Shown: positions 50,990 through 63,977, numbered from the stretch's first letter. The stretch: 64,000 bases of DNA from Amoebidium appalachense (GCA_963693365.1 CAVNZM010000010.1:7255794-7319793), one strand, 5' to 3'. Numbers and translations: made by a program. Notes: a model not told the origin generated them from the letters alone.

Positions 50990-51252
50990 TATATTTTACA
51001 CAAACGTTTATTACATATTCTACAGAACACTTTTACATATTCTACACAACACTTACATGACGTATTCTACACAACACTTACACGCCGTCATATACTACAC
51101 AACCCTTAGATTTCATTGTGACACAACACCTACATAATAATTGCTCAAATCTCTGTCTTCCTACCACCACCACCAGCACCACCACTACCATTACCACGCA
51201 CGCACACTTCATTTTTCCACACAACACTTAAATTACATGTTCTACACAACAC
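50990..51252. repeat. Degenerate minisatellite ttacatattctacacaacact
   Basis: About 7 imperfect copies with 21-30 bp spacing, followed by ...gggttgtctagt. Confidence 0.7.
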
Positions 51253-51562
51253 TCCTCGGGTTGTCTAGTTTGCGTATTCTTACAAGGCGCCGCTAATTGA
51301 TATTTACGAAAAAATGTTTACTTGAAACAATCATAAAAGTGTCTGGGTAAAAGACAGTGCGCATAATGTGTTTCTATACGCATCAGTCCCCCTTACTTCA
51401 ACCGACAACAAGTCCCTGTCTTTGACTATCCTTGGCTTCGCCTTGGATCATTATTCTCTTCCCAACCTTTCGAAGGGAGGGAGACAATTGAGGGGGAAAA
51501 TTGAGATGGGTGTGAACAAAAGGAAAAGAACGATCACAGTTGACATTATTGGACACAACACG

Positions 51563-53785
51563 TCTGATATTAGAATCATGATGAGAATTCAAAATATTAA
51601 TAATAATATAAATAAACAAATAAAAAATAAAAGTAAACAAGATATAAATTCCACTAGCTTAAAAAATAAAGAGATCAGAAAAGCGTGCTTGCAAAAACAG
51701 CCCTCCTCCACCCCCAACTCCCGGACAGTCACCACAACATATGGGAGTAAAGCACAATTTCGGTATACTTCGGAGGGTTATACCGGTTAAATACCAGTAT
51801 ACCGCGCCAGTTCCGTGTGTCTACCGAAAGTGCGGTTTAGCCCCAGATATCACGTGATTCCGGTGGATGAATGGGATGCGGCAGAAGGGTTAAAAAATAA
51901 GCAACAACGGAAAGAGTATCAGCTATACGATGTACGAAAAAAAAAAAAGAGAGAGAGAAGATATTGAGGAAATGAAAACCCGGAAACGAACACACCCATC
52001 TCACTTTTCTCTGATATTAGAATCATGATCATGATGAGAATTCAAAATATTAATAATAATATAAATAAATAAATTAAAAATAAAAGTAAACAAGATAAAA
52101 ATTCCACTAGGCTGAAAAATAAAGAAATCAGAAAAGCGTGCGTGCAAAAACAGCCCTCCTCCACCCCCAACTCCCGGACAGTCACCACAACATATGGGAG
52201 TAAAGCACGATTTCGGTATACTTCGGAGGGTTATACCGGTTAAATACCAGTATACCGCGCCAGTTCCGTGTGTATACCGACAGTGCGGTTTAGCCCCAGA
52301 TATCACGTGATTCCGGTGGATGAATGGGATGCGGCAGAAGGGTTAAAAAAAAAAGCAACAACGCAAAGAGTATCAGCTATACGATGTACGAAAAAAAAAA
52401 AAGAGAGAGAGAAGATATTGAGGAAATGAAAACCCGGAAAAGAACACACCCATCTCACTTTTCTCTGATGTTAAAATCATGATGAGAATTCAAAATATTA
52501 ATAATAATATAAATAAACAAATAAAAAATAAAAGTAAACAAGATAAAAATTCCACTAGGCTGAAAAATAAAGAAATCAGAAAAGCGTGCGTGCAAAAACA
52601 GCCCTCCGCCACCCCCAACTCCCGGACAGTCACCACAACATATGGGAGTAAAGCACGATTTCGGTATACTTCGGAGGGTTATACCGGTTAAATACCAGTA
52701 TACCGCGCCAGTTCCGTGTGTATACCGAAAGTGCGGTTTAGCCCCAGATATCACGTGATTCCGGTGGATGAATGGGATGCGGCAGAAGGTTAAAAAATAA
52801 GCAACAACGGAAAGAGTATCAGCTATACGATGTACAAAAAAAAAAGAGAGAGAGAAGATATTAAGGAAATGAAAACCCGGAAAAGAACACACCCATCTCA
52901 CTTTTCTCTGATATTAGAATCATGATGAGAATTCAAAATATTAATAATAATATAAATAAACAAATAAGAAATAAAAGTAAACAAGATAAAAATTCCACTA
53001 GGCTGAAAAATAGAGAAATCAGAAAAGCGTGCGTGCAAAAACAGCCCTCCTCCACCCCCAACTCCCGGACAGTCACCACAACATATGGGAGTAAACCACG
53101 ATTTCGGTATACTTCGGAGGGTTATACCGGTTAAATACCAGTATACCGCGCCAGTTCCGTGTGTATACCGACAGTGCGGTTTAGCCCCAGATATCACGTG
53201 ATTCCGGTGGATGAATGGGATGCGGCAGAAGGGTTAAAAAAAAAAGCAACAACGGAAAGAGTATCAGCTATACGATGTACGAAAAAAAAAAGAAAGAGAG
53301 AGAAGATATTGAGGAAATGAAAACCCGGAAAAGAACACACCCATCTCACTTTTCTCTGATATTAAAATCATGATGAGAATTCAAAATATTAATAATAATA
53401 TAAATAAACAAATAAAAAATAAAAGTAAACAAGATAAAAATTCCACTAGGCTGAAAAATAAAGAAATCAGAAAAGCGTGCGTGCAAAAACAGCCCTCCGA
53501 CACCCCCAACTCCCGGACAGTCACCACAACATATGGGAGTAAAGCACGATTTCGGTATACTTCGGAGGGTTATACCGGTTAAATACCAGTATACCGCGCC
53601 AGTTCCGTGTGTATACCGAAAGTGCGGTTTAGCCCCAGATATCACGTGATTCCGGTGGATGAATGGGATGCGGCAGAAGGGTTAAAAAATAAGCAACAAC
53701 GGAAAGAGTATCAGCTATACGATGTACAAAAAAAAAGAGAGAGAGAGAAGATATTAAGGAAATGAAAACCCCGAAAAGAACACAC
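51563..53785. repeat. Tandem array block 1: five ~450-bp units
   Basis: Unit starts (ctgat(a/g)tta(g/a)aatcatg) at ~51564, 52011, 52465, 52908, 53356. Confidence 0.95.
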
Positions 53786-54296
53786 AGGGAAAGAGGGCAG
53801 GTGGCGGCCACATGGGGTGGCGGTGGTTGCAGTCACGGTGGGCCCAAAGAGAAATCCGATGTTAGGGCTGCAGACAGACAAAGGGTGAGCACGTCCATAG
53901 GGGGGGGAAAGGGGGTGGGGGTGTGTGTGTGTGTGGGGGGGGGGGGGGGGAGCTAAAGGTCTAAAGGGAGAATGATGGAAATGGGGGGGGGGGGAGGGGG
54001 AGGGGGTGGTGGGGAGGGGAGGAAGGGGTGATCACAGAGATGCCACTGTGGTGTACCTTTGATCTTAAAGTCCCGTAACATGGTTACAGTTAAAGTGGTA
54101 GTAGGTTGGACAGGTGTGGTGGATGGGACCAGAAAAGCAAAATGCTTAAAGCAACTTGTGTATGCTTGAATGTGTATGTGAGGGATAGAATGAGCACGGT
54201 GCAGAGAGGAGAGAAAGTGAAAGCGGGCTGGGAGCTACCGGGAGTGGGGGGGATGAGGAGGGGGGCGGAGGTAGGGGGTGTGAGGGGTGTGTGTGT

Positions 54297-54335
<39 letters not shown>

Positions 54336-54345
54336 ATGGGATCAA

Positions 54346-54598
54346 TTACAAAGGCTGCACCGGCTTGTCCCTGGCCTCCATGTCGGCTACTAGTGAGTCC
54401 ACAAGGGCCACGGGGTTGGTGGCAGATCTTGGGCTGCGAAATTTCAGCCTTGGGGGGTTTCTTGGCCGGTGTAGGGGCCTGCCTGCATGTAGAAATGTTG
54501 AGGTCAGTAAGGGAGTGCAGAGTGAGTGGAACGCTGGGTGGGGGTCCAATGAGAGAAAAATTGAGGAAGGGAGAAGCGCCCATGGGATGGGGACGGGG

Positions 54599-54632
<34 letters not shown>

Positions 54633-55631
54633 AAGACTGGATATGGTTTTCGTACCGGAGGGGGTGATCGGACGTGATGGTGGTGGTTGGGGGGGGGGGG
54701 GGGGGGAAGGGGGGAATGGAGGTGGTGGGGCCGGGGGGGGGGGAAGGGGGTCTGAACACTTACTTGGGCTGTGTGGTTGCAACCAAACCCTCCACCCCGT
54801 CCAGAAGGGCGGTCAGCTCATCCTGGGGAATCGAATCGACAATTTCCAGCACCGAAAGATCACATTCGGGGGGGTCGTTGGCTTGCGTGGGGGACCTGCG
54901 GGTGGTGGTATGGGGGGACGGGGGCAGGAGCAGGTATAGAGTGAGAATGAGGCACGGAGAATGAAGAAAGTGGGGAAGGAAGGGGGGGGGAGGGTGTTTT
55001 TTTTTTTTTCCTTTTTTTTTGGGGGGGGGGTGTGGGGGGGTGGGGAGGGGGGGGGGGGGGGGAGGGGGTAAGGGAAAAAAGGGATAGATTAGCAATCTTA
55101 TTAGTTTGCTCTATCATTCCCATTACGTTTCCTTTTTGAGTTTGAGCAGGGGTAGAGCGAGGGGGGGGGGGGGGGGGGGGGGAGTTCATTTTTCTCCTTT
55201 CTCTTTTTTCCTTTTTTTCCTTTTCGGAAGGCCCCGCCAGAAGGTGAGGAGGGGGGGGGGGGGGGGGGGGGGCTGGGGGGAGTTTGCCGAAGAAATGACC
55301 GGACGTGGTGGTGATGGCCGTAGTGGTGGAGGGGGGAGAGGGGGGGGGGGGGGGGGGAGGGTGGAGGGTGTGACTTGAGGGGGAGGGGGGAGGGGTGGGG
55401 GAGGTCAGAGCACTTACTTGGGCTGTGTGGTTGCAACCAATCCCTCCACCTCGTCCAGAAGTGCAGCCAGCTTATCCTGGTGAATTGCATTGACAATTTC
55501 CATCACCGAAATATCACACCTGTGGAGGTCTATAACAGGCTGTGAATTCCATTGCCTGCTGTCCCCCCAGACTGCCTGCCTGCCGGCACTCAATCGGGTC
55601 CTCCTCCATGGGAAGGGTCTCCTGATACTCG
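54346..55631 (-). pseudogene. Exon/intron fragments of a disrupted gene, including two paralogous exons
   Basis: Exons ~55418-55520 (DISVMEIVNAIHQDKLAALLDEVEGLVATTQPK) and ~54765-54895 (DLSVLEIVDSIPQDELTALLDGVEGLVATTQPK) both end AA|GTAAGT. A further exon follows an acceptor at ~54483. Confidence 0.55.
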
Positions 55632-58202
55632 TGCGTGCGTGCAAAAACAGCCCTCCTCCACCCCCAACTCCCGGACAGTCACCACAACATATGGGAGTAA
55701 AGCACAATTTCGGTATACTTCGGAGGGTTATACCGGTTAAATACCAGTATACCGCGCCAGTTCCGTGTGTATACCGACAGTGCGGTTTAGCCCCAGATAT
55801 CACGTGATTCCGGTGGATGAATGGGATGCGGCAGAAGGGTTAAAAAAAAAAGCAACAACGGATAGAGTATCAGCTATACGATGTACAAAAAAAAAAAGAG
55901 AGAGAGAGAAGATATTGAGGAAATGAAAACCCGGAAAAGAACACACCCATCTCACTTTTCTCTGATATTAGAATCATGATCATGATGAGAATTCAAAATA
56001 TCAATAATAATATAAATAAATAAATAAAAAATAAAAGTAAACAAGATATAAATTCCACTAGGCTGAAAAATAAAGAAATCAGCAAAGCGTGCGTGCAAAA
56101 ACAGCCCTCCTCCACCCCCAACTCCCGGACAGTCACCACAACATATGGGAGTAAAGCACAATTTCGGTATACTTCGGAGGGTTATACCGGTTAAATACCA
56201 GTACCGCGCCAGTTCCGTGTGTCTACCGAAAGTGCGGTTTAGCCCCAGATATCACGTGATTCCAGTGGATGAATGGGATGCGGCAGAAGGGTTAAAAAAT
56301 AAGCAACAACGGAAAGAGTATCAGCTATACGATGTACAAAAAAAAAAAGAGAGAGAGAAGATATTGAGGAAATGAAAACCCGGAAAAGAACTGTTACACA
56401 CCCATCTCACTTTTCTCTGATATTAGAATCATGATGAGAATTCAGAATATTAATAATAATATAAATAAACAAATAAAAAATAAAAGTAAACAAGATAAAA
56501 ATTCCACTAGGCTGAAAAATAGAGAAATCAGAAAAGCGTGCGTGCAAAAACAGCCCTCCTCCACCCCCAACTCCCGGACAGTCACCACAACATGTGGGAA
56601 TAAAGCACAATTTCGGTATACTTCGGAGGGTTATACCGGTTAAATACCAGTATACCGCGCCAGTTCCGTGTGTATACCGAAAGTGCGGTTTAGCCCCAGA
56701 TATCACGTCATTCCAGTGGATGAATGGGATGCGGCAGAAGGGTTAAAAAATAAGCCACAACGGAAAGAGTATCAGCTATACGATGTACGAAAAAAAAGAG
56801 AGAGAGAGAAGATATCGATATTGAGGAAATGAAAACCCGGAAAAGAACACACCCATTTCACTTTTCTCTGATGTTAGAATCATGATGAGAATTCAAAAAT
56901 TAATAATAATATAAATAAACAAAAAATAAAATAAAAGTAAACAAGATAAAAATTCCACTAGGCTGAAAAATAAAGAAATCAGAAAAGCGTGCGTGCAAAA
57001 ACAGCCCTCCTCCACCCCCAACTCCCGGACAGTCACCACAACATATGGGAGTAAAGCACAATTTCGGTATACTTCGGAGGGTTATACTGGTTAAATACCA
57101 GTATACCGCGCCAGTTCCGTTTGTATACCGACAGTGCGGTTTAGCCCCAGATATCACGTGATTCCGGTGGATGAATGGGATGCGGCAGAAGGGTTAAAAA
57201 AAAAAAAGCAACAACGGAAAGAGTATCAGCTATACGATGTACGAAAAAAAAAAAAGAGAGAGAGAAGATATTGAGGAAATGAAAACCCGGAAAAGAACAC
57301 ACCCATCTCACTTTTCTCTGATATTAGAATCATGATCATGATGAGAATTCAAAATATTAATAATAATATAAATAAATAAATTAAAAATAAAAGTAAACAA
57401 GATAAAAATTCCACTAGGCTGAAAAATAAAGAAATCAGAAAAGCGTGCGTGCAAAAACAGCCCTCCTCCACCCCCAACTCCCGGACAGTCACCACAACAT
57501 ATGGGAGTAAAGCACGATTTCGGTATACTTCGGAGGGTTATACCGGTTAAATACCAGTATACCGCGCCAGTTCCGTGTGTATACCGACAGTGCGGTTTAG
57601 CCCCAGATATCACGTGATTCCGGTGGATGAATGGGATGCGGCAGAAGGGTTAAAAAAAAAAAGCAACAACGCAAAGAGTATCAGCTATACGATGTACGAA
57701 AAAAAAAAAAGAGAGAGAGAAGATATTGAGGAAATGAAAACCCGGAAAAGAACACACCCATCTCACTTTTCTCTGATGTTAAAATCATGATGAGAATTCA
57801 AAATATTAATAATAATATAAATAAACAAATAAAAAATAAAAGTAAACAAGATAAAAATTCCACTAGGCTGAAAAATAAAGAAATCAGAAAAGCGTGCGTG
57901 CAAAAACAGCCCTCCGCCACCCCCAACTCCCGGACAGTCACCACAACATATGGGAGTAAAGCACGATTTCGGTATACTTCGGAGGGTTATACCGGTTAAA
58001 TACCAGTATACCGCGCCAGTTCCGTGTGTATACCGAAAGTGCGGTTTAGCCCCAGATATCACGTGATTCCGGTGGATGAATGGGATGCGGCAGAAGGGTT
58101 AAAAAATAAGCAACAACGAAAAGAGTATCAGCTATACGATGTACAAAAAAAAAAAGAGAGAGAGAAGATATTAAGGAAATGAAAACCCGGAAAAGAACAC
58201 AC
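55632..58202. repeat. Tandem array block 2: one partial plus five ~450-bp units
   Basis: Partial unit from 55632; unit starts at ~55962, 56417, 56868, 57318, 57773. Confidence 0.95.
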
Positions 58203-58319
58203 AGGGAAAGAGGGCAGGTTGAAGGGGAGGGGGGCAGGTTGGGGGGGGGGGGGGGGGGGAGAGGGGGGGGGGGGGGGGGGGGGAGGGGGGGAGGGGGGGG
58301 GGGGGGGGGGATAAGGGAG

Positions 58320-58488
58320 ACCACTGGGAGACCTACAAAGGTGTGGATAGGCCGAGGGACGTATTCGGGAAGAGACCAAGTGAAGGCATTGTTGCACTTG
58401 AGTTGAACCTGTGTGTGTGTGTGTATGTGTATGTGAATCAGTGAGTGAGTGTGTTTGTGTGGGTGTGTAAGCGAGCGAGTGTGTGTGT

Positions 58489-58519
<31 letters not shown>

Positions 58520-59229
58520 GGGGGGGAGGGGAGGGGGGTATGTGCGTGTCTGTGCGTGTGCTTGCATGTGTGTGCAAGCGTCACCACGCGTGTGAGTGTT
58601 TAAATGTGGTTGCATGTAAGCGTAAGCTGTTCCTTTTTCCGTAAAACTGAGTTTGACGGGGGGAGGGGGGGGGGGGGGGGAGGGAGGAGCGGGGGGGGGG
58701 GGGGGGGGGGGGGGATAGGATAAAACAGATAAGATATTCAGAGTAATGGAGTACAATCAGCAAGGAGCCTGTAAAGAGAGAAAAGTAGGCTAGTAAGTTC
58801 AAGTCAAATGGTGACGAGGAGAAAAACCAGAAACCAACTGTTTTTCTCATTCTTGCTTTTCTTGGTTAGAGGCAAGGGGGTAGAGGGTGGGTGGGCTAAT
58901 GGAATTTCTGGAGGGATAGTGGAGAATATGGGTGGATGTTAATGGTCAATGGTGGGTTGAAAGGTAATCGTTTATTTTTTATTTTATTTTATTTTATTTT
59001 ATTTTTTTTTGGGGGGGGGGGAGGGAGGGGAGGAGGGGGGGTTGGTGGAGAAAGGGGGGGTCACGGGGAGAGGGGAAGTGAGGGGGGGGGGGGGGGGGTT
59101 TGAAGGGGGGAGAGCATACGTGGGTGTGTGCAGATTGAAAGATTGAAGACGGAATTTGGAACGAATGTCGTTGAAGCCGTCGTTCCCGATGTGTCGGGCC
59201 TGTGTGTGTATGTATGGGTGTGTGGGTGT

Positions 59230-59298
<69 letters not shown>

Positions 59299-59991
59299 GG
59301 GGGGGGGGGGGGGGGGGGTTGGGTTGGTGGATGTGTGTGCGCTTGTGCATGTGCATGTTTGATTGTGTCTGGGCATATTTGTGAATGTGCGGTAAGGGGA
59401 AGTGGGGTTTTGAAACTGCTGGTAAGAAGGGGCAGGTGGCGGGGAAGAGAGGAGGGGGAAAAAGGTAGTGGTAAGGGAGGGGGGGGCCGGCAATGGAGGG
59501 AGGGAGGGGGGGGGGGGGGGGGGGGGGGGGGGTTGTCCCGACGTTTTTCTTCTGTCTTTCCGCTCCATGTTTTTTCTTGATTGCTTTTGCTTTCCGCATG
59601 TATCATGTGGATCCATATTCCTTTTTTCGGGGGGCAGGGCCCGGAAGAAGGGGGGGGGGGGGGGGGGGGGGGGGGGAGGACCGGGGAGGAGGTTTACGTG
59701 CCCCGGGTGGAAAAGGGGGGTAGGGGGGGGGGGGGGGGGGGGGGGGGGGGTCACACACCGTGTGTCCATTGTGGTCGGGCAGGCTGTACCAGTGGCTGGA
59801 ATTGGGTCTCGACCTCCATGCCGTGTGAGCCATCACCGAGGTCCAAGTCCATGTGCGTAATATCGGCCAGCCCAGCAGTGTCCATCGGTGTTGTCTGATT
59901 GGTGAATTCCATTGCCTCCTGTCCCCCCAGACTGCCTGCCTGCCGGCACTCAATCGGGTCCTCCTCCATGGGAAGGGTCTCCTGATACTCG
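58320..59991 (-). pseudogene. Exon/intron fragments of a disrupted gene, possibly from a large intron-bearing transposon
   Basis: Splice-bounded segments ~59759-59991 (EYQETLPMEEDP...PQWTH), ~59119-59198 (ARHIGNDGFNDIRSKFRLQSFNLHTPT) and ~58322-58408 (VQLKCNNAFTWSLPEYVPRP). Confidence 0.5.
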
Positions 59992-62408
59992 TGCGTGCGT
60001 GCAAAAACAGCCCTCCTCCACCCCCAACTCCCGGACAGTCACCACAACATATGGGAGTAAAGCACAATTTCGGTATACTTCGGAGGGTTATACCGGTTAA
60101 ATACCAGTATACCGCGCCAGTTCCGGGTGTATACCGAAAGTGCGGTTTAGCCCCAGATATCACGTGATTCCGGTGGATGAATGGGATGCGGCAGAAGGGT
60201 TAAAAAATAAGCAACAACGGAAAGAGTATCAGCTATACGATGTACGAAAAAAAAAAGAGAGAGAGAGAAGATATTAAGGAAATGAAAACCCGGAAAAGAA
60301 CACACCCATCTCACTTTTCTCTGATATTAGAATCATGATGAGAATTCAAAATATTAATAATAATCAAATAAGCAATAAAAGTAAACAAGATAAAAATTCC
60401 ACTAGGCTGAAAAATAGAGAAATCAGAAAAGCGTGCGTACAAAAACAGCCCTCCTCCACCCCCAACTCCCGGACAGTCACCACAACATATGGGAGTAAAG
60501 CACAATTTCGGTATACTTCGGAGGTTTATACCGGTTAAATACCAGTATACCGCGCCAGTTCCGTGTGTATACCGACAGTGCGGTTTAGCCCCAGATATCA
60601 CGTGATTCCGGTGGATGAATGGGATGCGGCAGAAGGGTTAACAAAAAAAGCAACAACGGAAAGAGTATCAGCTATACGATGTACGAAAAAAAAAAAAAGA
60701 GAGAGAGAAGATATTGAGGAAATGAAAACCCGGAAAAGAACACACCCATCTCACTTTTCTCTGATATTAGAATCATGATGAGAATTCAAAATATTAATAA
60801 TAATATAAATAAACAAATAAAAAATAAAAGTAAACAAGATAAAAATTCCACTAGGCTAAAAAATAAAGAAATCAGAAAAGCGTGCGTGCAAAAACAGCCC
60901 TCCTCCACCCCCAACTCCCGGACAGTCACCACAACATATGGGAGTAAACTTTACACAATCTCGGTATACTTCGGAGGGTTATACCGGTTAAATACCAGTA
61001 TACCACGCGAGTTCCGTGTGTCTACTGAAAGTGCGGTTTAGCCCCAGATATCACGTGATTCCAGTGGATGAATGGGATGCGGAAGAAGGGTTAAAAAATA
61101 AGCAACAACGGAAAGAGTATCAGCTATACGATGTACGAAAAAAAAGAGAGAGAGAGAAGATATTGAGGAAATGAAAACCCGGAAAAGAACACACCCATCT
61201 CACTTTTCTCTGATATTAGAATCATGATCATGATGAGAATTCAAAATATTAATTACAATAAAAATAAACAAATAAAAAATAAAAGTAAACAAGATATAAA
61301 TTCCACTAGGCTGAAAAATAAAGAAATCAGAAAAGCGTGCGTGCAAAAACAGCCCTCCTCCACCCCCAACTCCCGGACAGTCACCGCAACATATGGGAGT
61401 AAAGCACAATTTCGGTATACTTCGGAGGGGTATACCGGTTAAATACCAGTATACCGCGCCAGTTCCGTGTGTCTACCGACAGTGCGGTTTAGCCCCAGAT
61501 ATCACGTGATTCCGGTGGATGAATGGGATGCGGCAGAAGGGTTAAAAAAAAAAGCAACAACGGAAAGAGTATCAGCTATACGATGTACGAAAAAAAAGAG
61601 AGAGAGAGAAGATATTGAGGAAATGAAAACCCGGAAAAGAACTGTTACACACCCATCTCAATTTTCTCTGATATTAGAATCATGATGAGAATTCAAAATA
61701 TTAATAATAATATAAATAAACAAATAAGAAATAAAAGTAAACAAGATAAAAATTCCACTAGGCTGAAAAATAAAGAAATCAGAAAAGCGTGCGTGCAAAA
61801 ACAGCCCTCCTCCACCCCCAACTCCCGGACAGTCACCACAACATGTGGGAATAAAGCACAATTTCGGTATACTTCGGAGGGTTATACCGGTTAAATACCA
61901 GTATACCGCGCCAGTTCCGTGTGTCTACCGAAAGTGCGGTTTAGCCCCAGATATCACGTGATTCCAGTGGATGAATGGGATGCGGCAGAAGGGTTAAAAA
62001 ATAAGCAACAACGGAAAGAGTATCAGCTATACGATGTACGAAAAAAAAGAGAGAGAGAGAAGATATCGATATTGAGGAAATGAAAACCCGGAAAAGAACA
62101 CACCCATTTCACTTTTCTCTGATGTTAGAATCATGATGAGAGTTCAAAATATTAATAATAATAAAAATAAACAAATAAAAAATAAAAGTAAACAAGATAT
62201 AAATTCCACTAGGCTGAAAAATAAAGAAATCAGAAAAGCGTGCGTGCAAAAACAGCCCTCCTCCACCCCCAACTCCCGGACAGTCACCACAACATATGGG
62301 AGTAAAGCACAATTTCGGTATACTTTGGACGATTATACCGGTTAAATAGAGAAGAGAAGATATTAAGGAAATGAAAACCCGGAAAAGAACACACCCATCT
62401 CACTTTTT
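59992..62408. repeat. Tandem array block 3: one partial plus five units, the last internally deleted
   Basis: Unit starts at ~60321, 60761, 61210, 61668, 62119; the last unit lacks the 3' half of the core after ~62348. Confidence 0.95.
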
Positions 62409-62450
62409 TTTCTCAATCATCCGCCTTGTGTGTCACCTTCTCGTCATTTG

Positions 62451-63694
62451 TTTGGAACGAATGTCGTTGAAACCGTCATTCCCGATGTGTCGGGCCTGTG
62501 TGTGTATGTATGGGTGTGTGGGTGTGGGTGTGGGTGTGTGTGTGTTTGGGGGGGGGGGGGTTTGGGTTGGTGGATGTGTGTGCGCATGTGGATGTGCATG
62601 TGTGATTGTGTCTGGGCATATTTGTGAATGTGCAGGGGGAAGTGGGGTTTTGAAACTGCTGGTAAGAAGGGGCAGGTGGCGGGGAAGAGAGGAGGGGGAA
62701 AAAGGCAGTGGTAAGGGAGGGGGGGGCCGGCAGTGGAGGGAGGGAGGGGGGGGGGGGGGGGGGGGTTGTCCCGACGTTTTTCTTCTGTCTTTCCGCTCCA
62801 TGTTTTTTCTTGATTGCTTTTGCTTTCCGCATTTATCATGTGGATCCATATTCCTTTTTTTCGGGGGGCAGGGCCCGGAAGAAGGGGGGGGGGGGGGGGG
62901 GGGGGGGGGGAGGAGGAGGACCGGGGAGGAGGTTTACGTGCCCCGGGTGGAAAAGGGGGGGTAGGGGGGGGGGGGGGGGGGGGGGGGGGGTCACACACCG
63001 TGTGTCCATTGTGGTCGGGCAGGCTGTACCAGTGGCTGGAATTGGGTCTCGACCTCCATGCCGTGTGAGCCATCACCGAGGTCCAAGTCCATGTGCGTAA
63101 TATCGGCCAGCCCAGCAGTGTCCATCGGTGTTGTCTGATTGGTGAATTCCATTGCCTGCTGTCCCCCCAGACTGCCTGCCTGCCGGCACTCAATCGGGTC
63201 CTCCTCCATGGGAAGGGTCTCCTGATACTCGCCCTCGCTATTGATTGACTGGTTGGCTGAAATTTCCATCTCGATGGGGTTTTGGACGGGTTGGACTCCC
63301 GGGATGTCAAAAGTGGAAGGGAGGGGGTCTGTGGCAACGTCCGTTTCGTTTTCAGAGAATATTTCCTTCAGCAGTGCCTCCACATAACCGCTGTCAGTGG
63401 AGTCTGTGATTGGCTCCTTTTCCTCCGGGGCATAAACGGTTTCATCGGTGATTGGCTCCTTTTCCTCAGGGGCGCAGACGATTGGCTCGATCTCATAAGG
63501 GATATGCCTCGGGGGCAGGACGGATGTCGTTCATGGTTGGCTCGTTTTCCTCGTAAGCGGGGGCCTGACCTTGGTCGTAGGAGGAAAGGAGGGGGTCCAC
63601 TGGTGTGTTGGGGGGTTGGTCTAGGGGAGGCTGCTGGATGCACTCGGTGCTTGGCTCTGCCTCCATCCACTGGCCGTCATCGTATGGGAGAGGG
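62451..63694 (-). pseudogene. Longer copy of the acidic, low-complexity gene fragment, frameshifted
   Basis: 62451-63231 duplicates 59155-59991. The large acidic exon ~62999-63694 has an internal APEEKEPITD repeat and a frameshift near 63505. Confidence 0.55.
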
Positions 63695-63765
<71 letters not shown>

Positions 63766-63943
63766 CGTGCGTGTACATGTGCGCGCCCGTGTGTGTGTAC
63801 ATGTGCGTGTGTGTGTATGTGTGCACGGAGGATGATTGGGGTTCAGGTACATGAATAAGTAAGTGTGTGGTGAAGAGAAAGGAGAAAAAGGGTAACGTCC
63901 CAAGCAGCAGTTCAGAATTTGGGAGCCAAGGGTGGGTCTCTCC

Positions 63944-63977
<34 letters not shown>

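Noticed and set aside
51563-62408. Repeated 70-100 aa ORFs (MMRIQN..., MISGAKP...) as a tandem gene family
   Set aside because: They are broken by indels in several units, rely on alternative starts or AT-rich flank, and show no domain signal.
51563-62408. CRISPR array, 5S rDNA, tRNA or hammerhead-ribozyme array
   Set aside because: Units are ~450 bp with no unique spacers and no cas genes. I recognised no 5S or tRNA boxes and no CUGAnGA/GAAA core on either strand.
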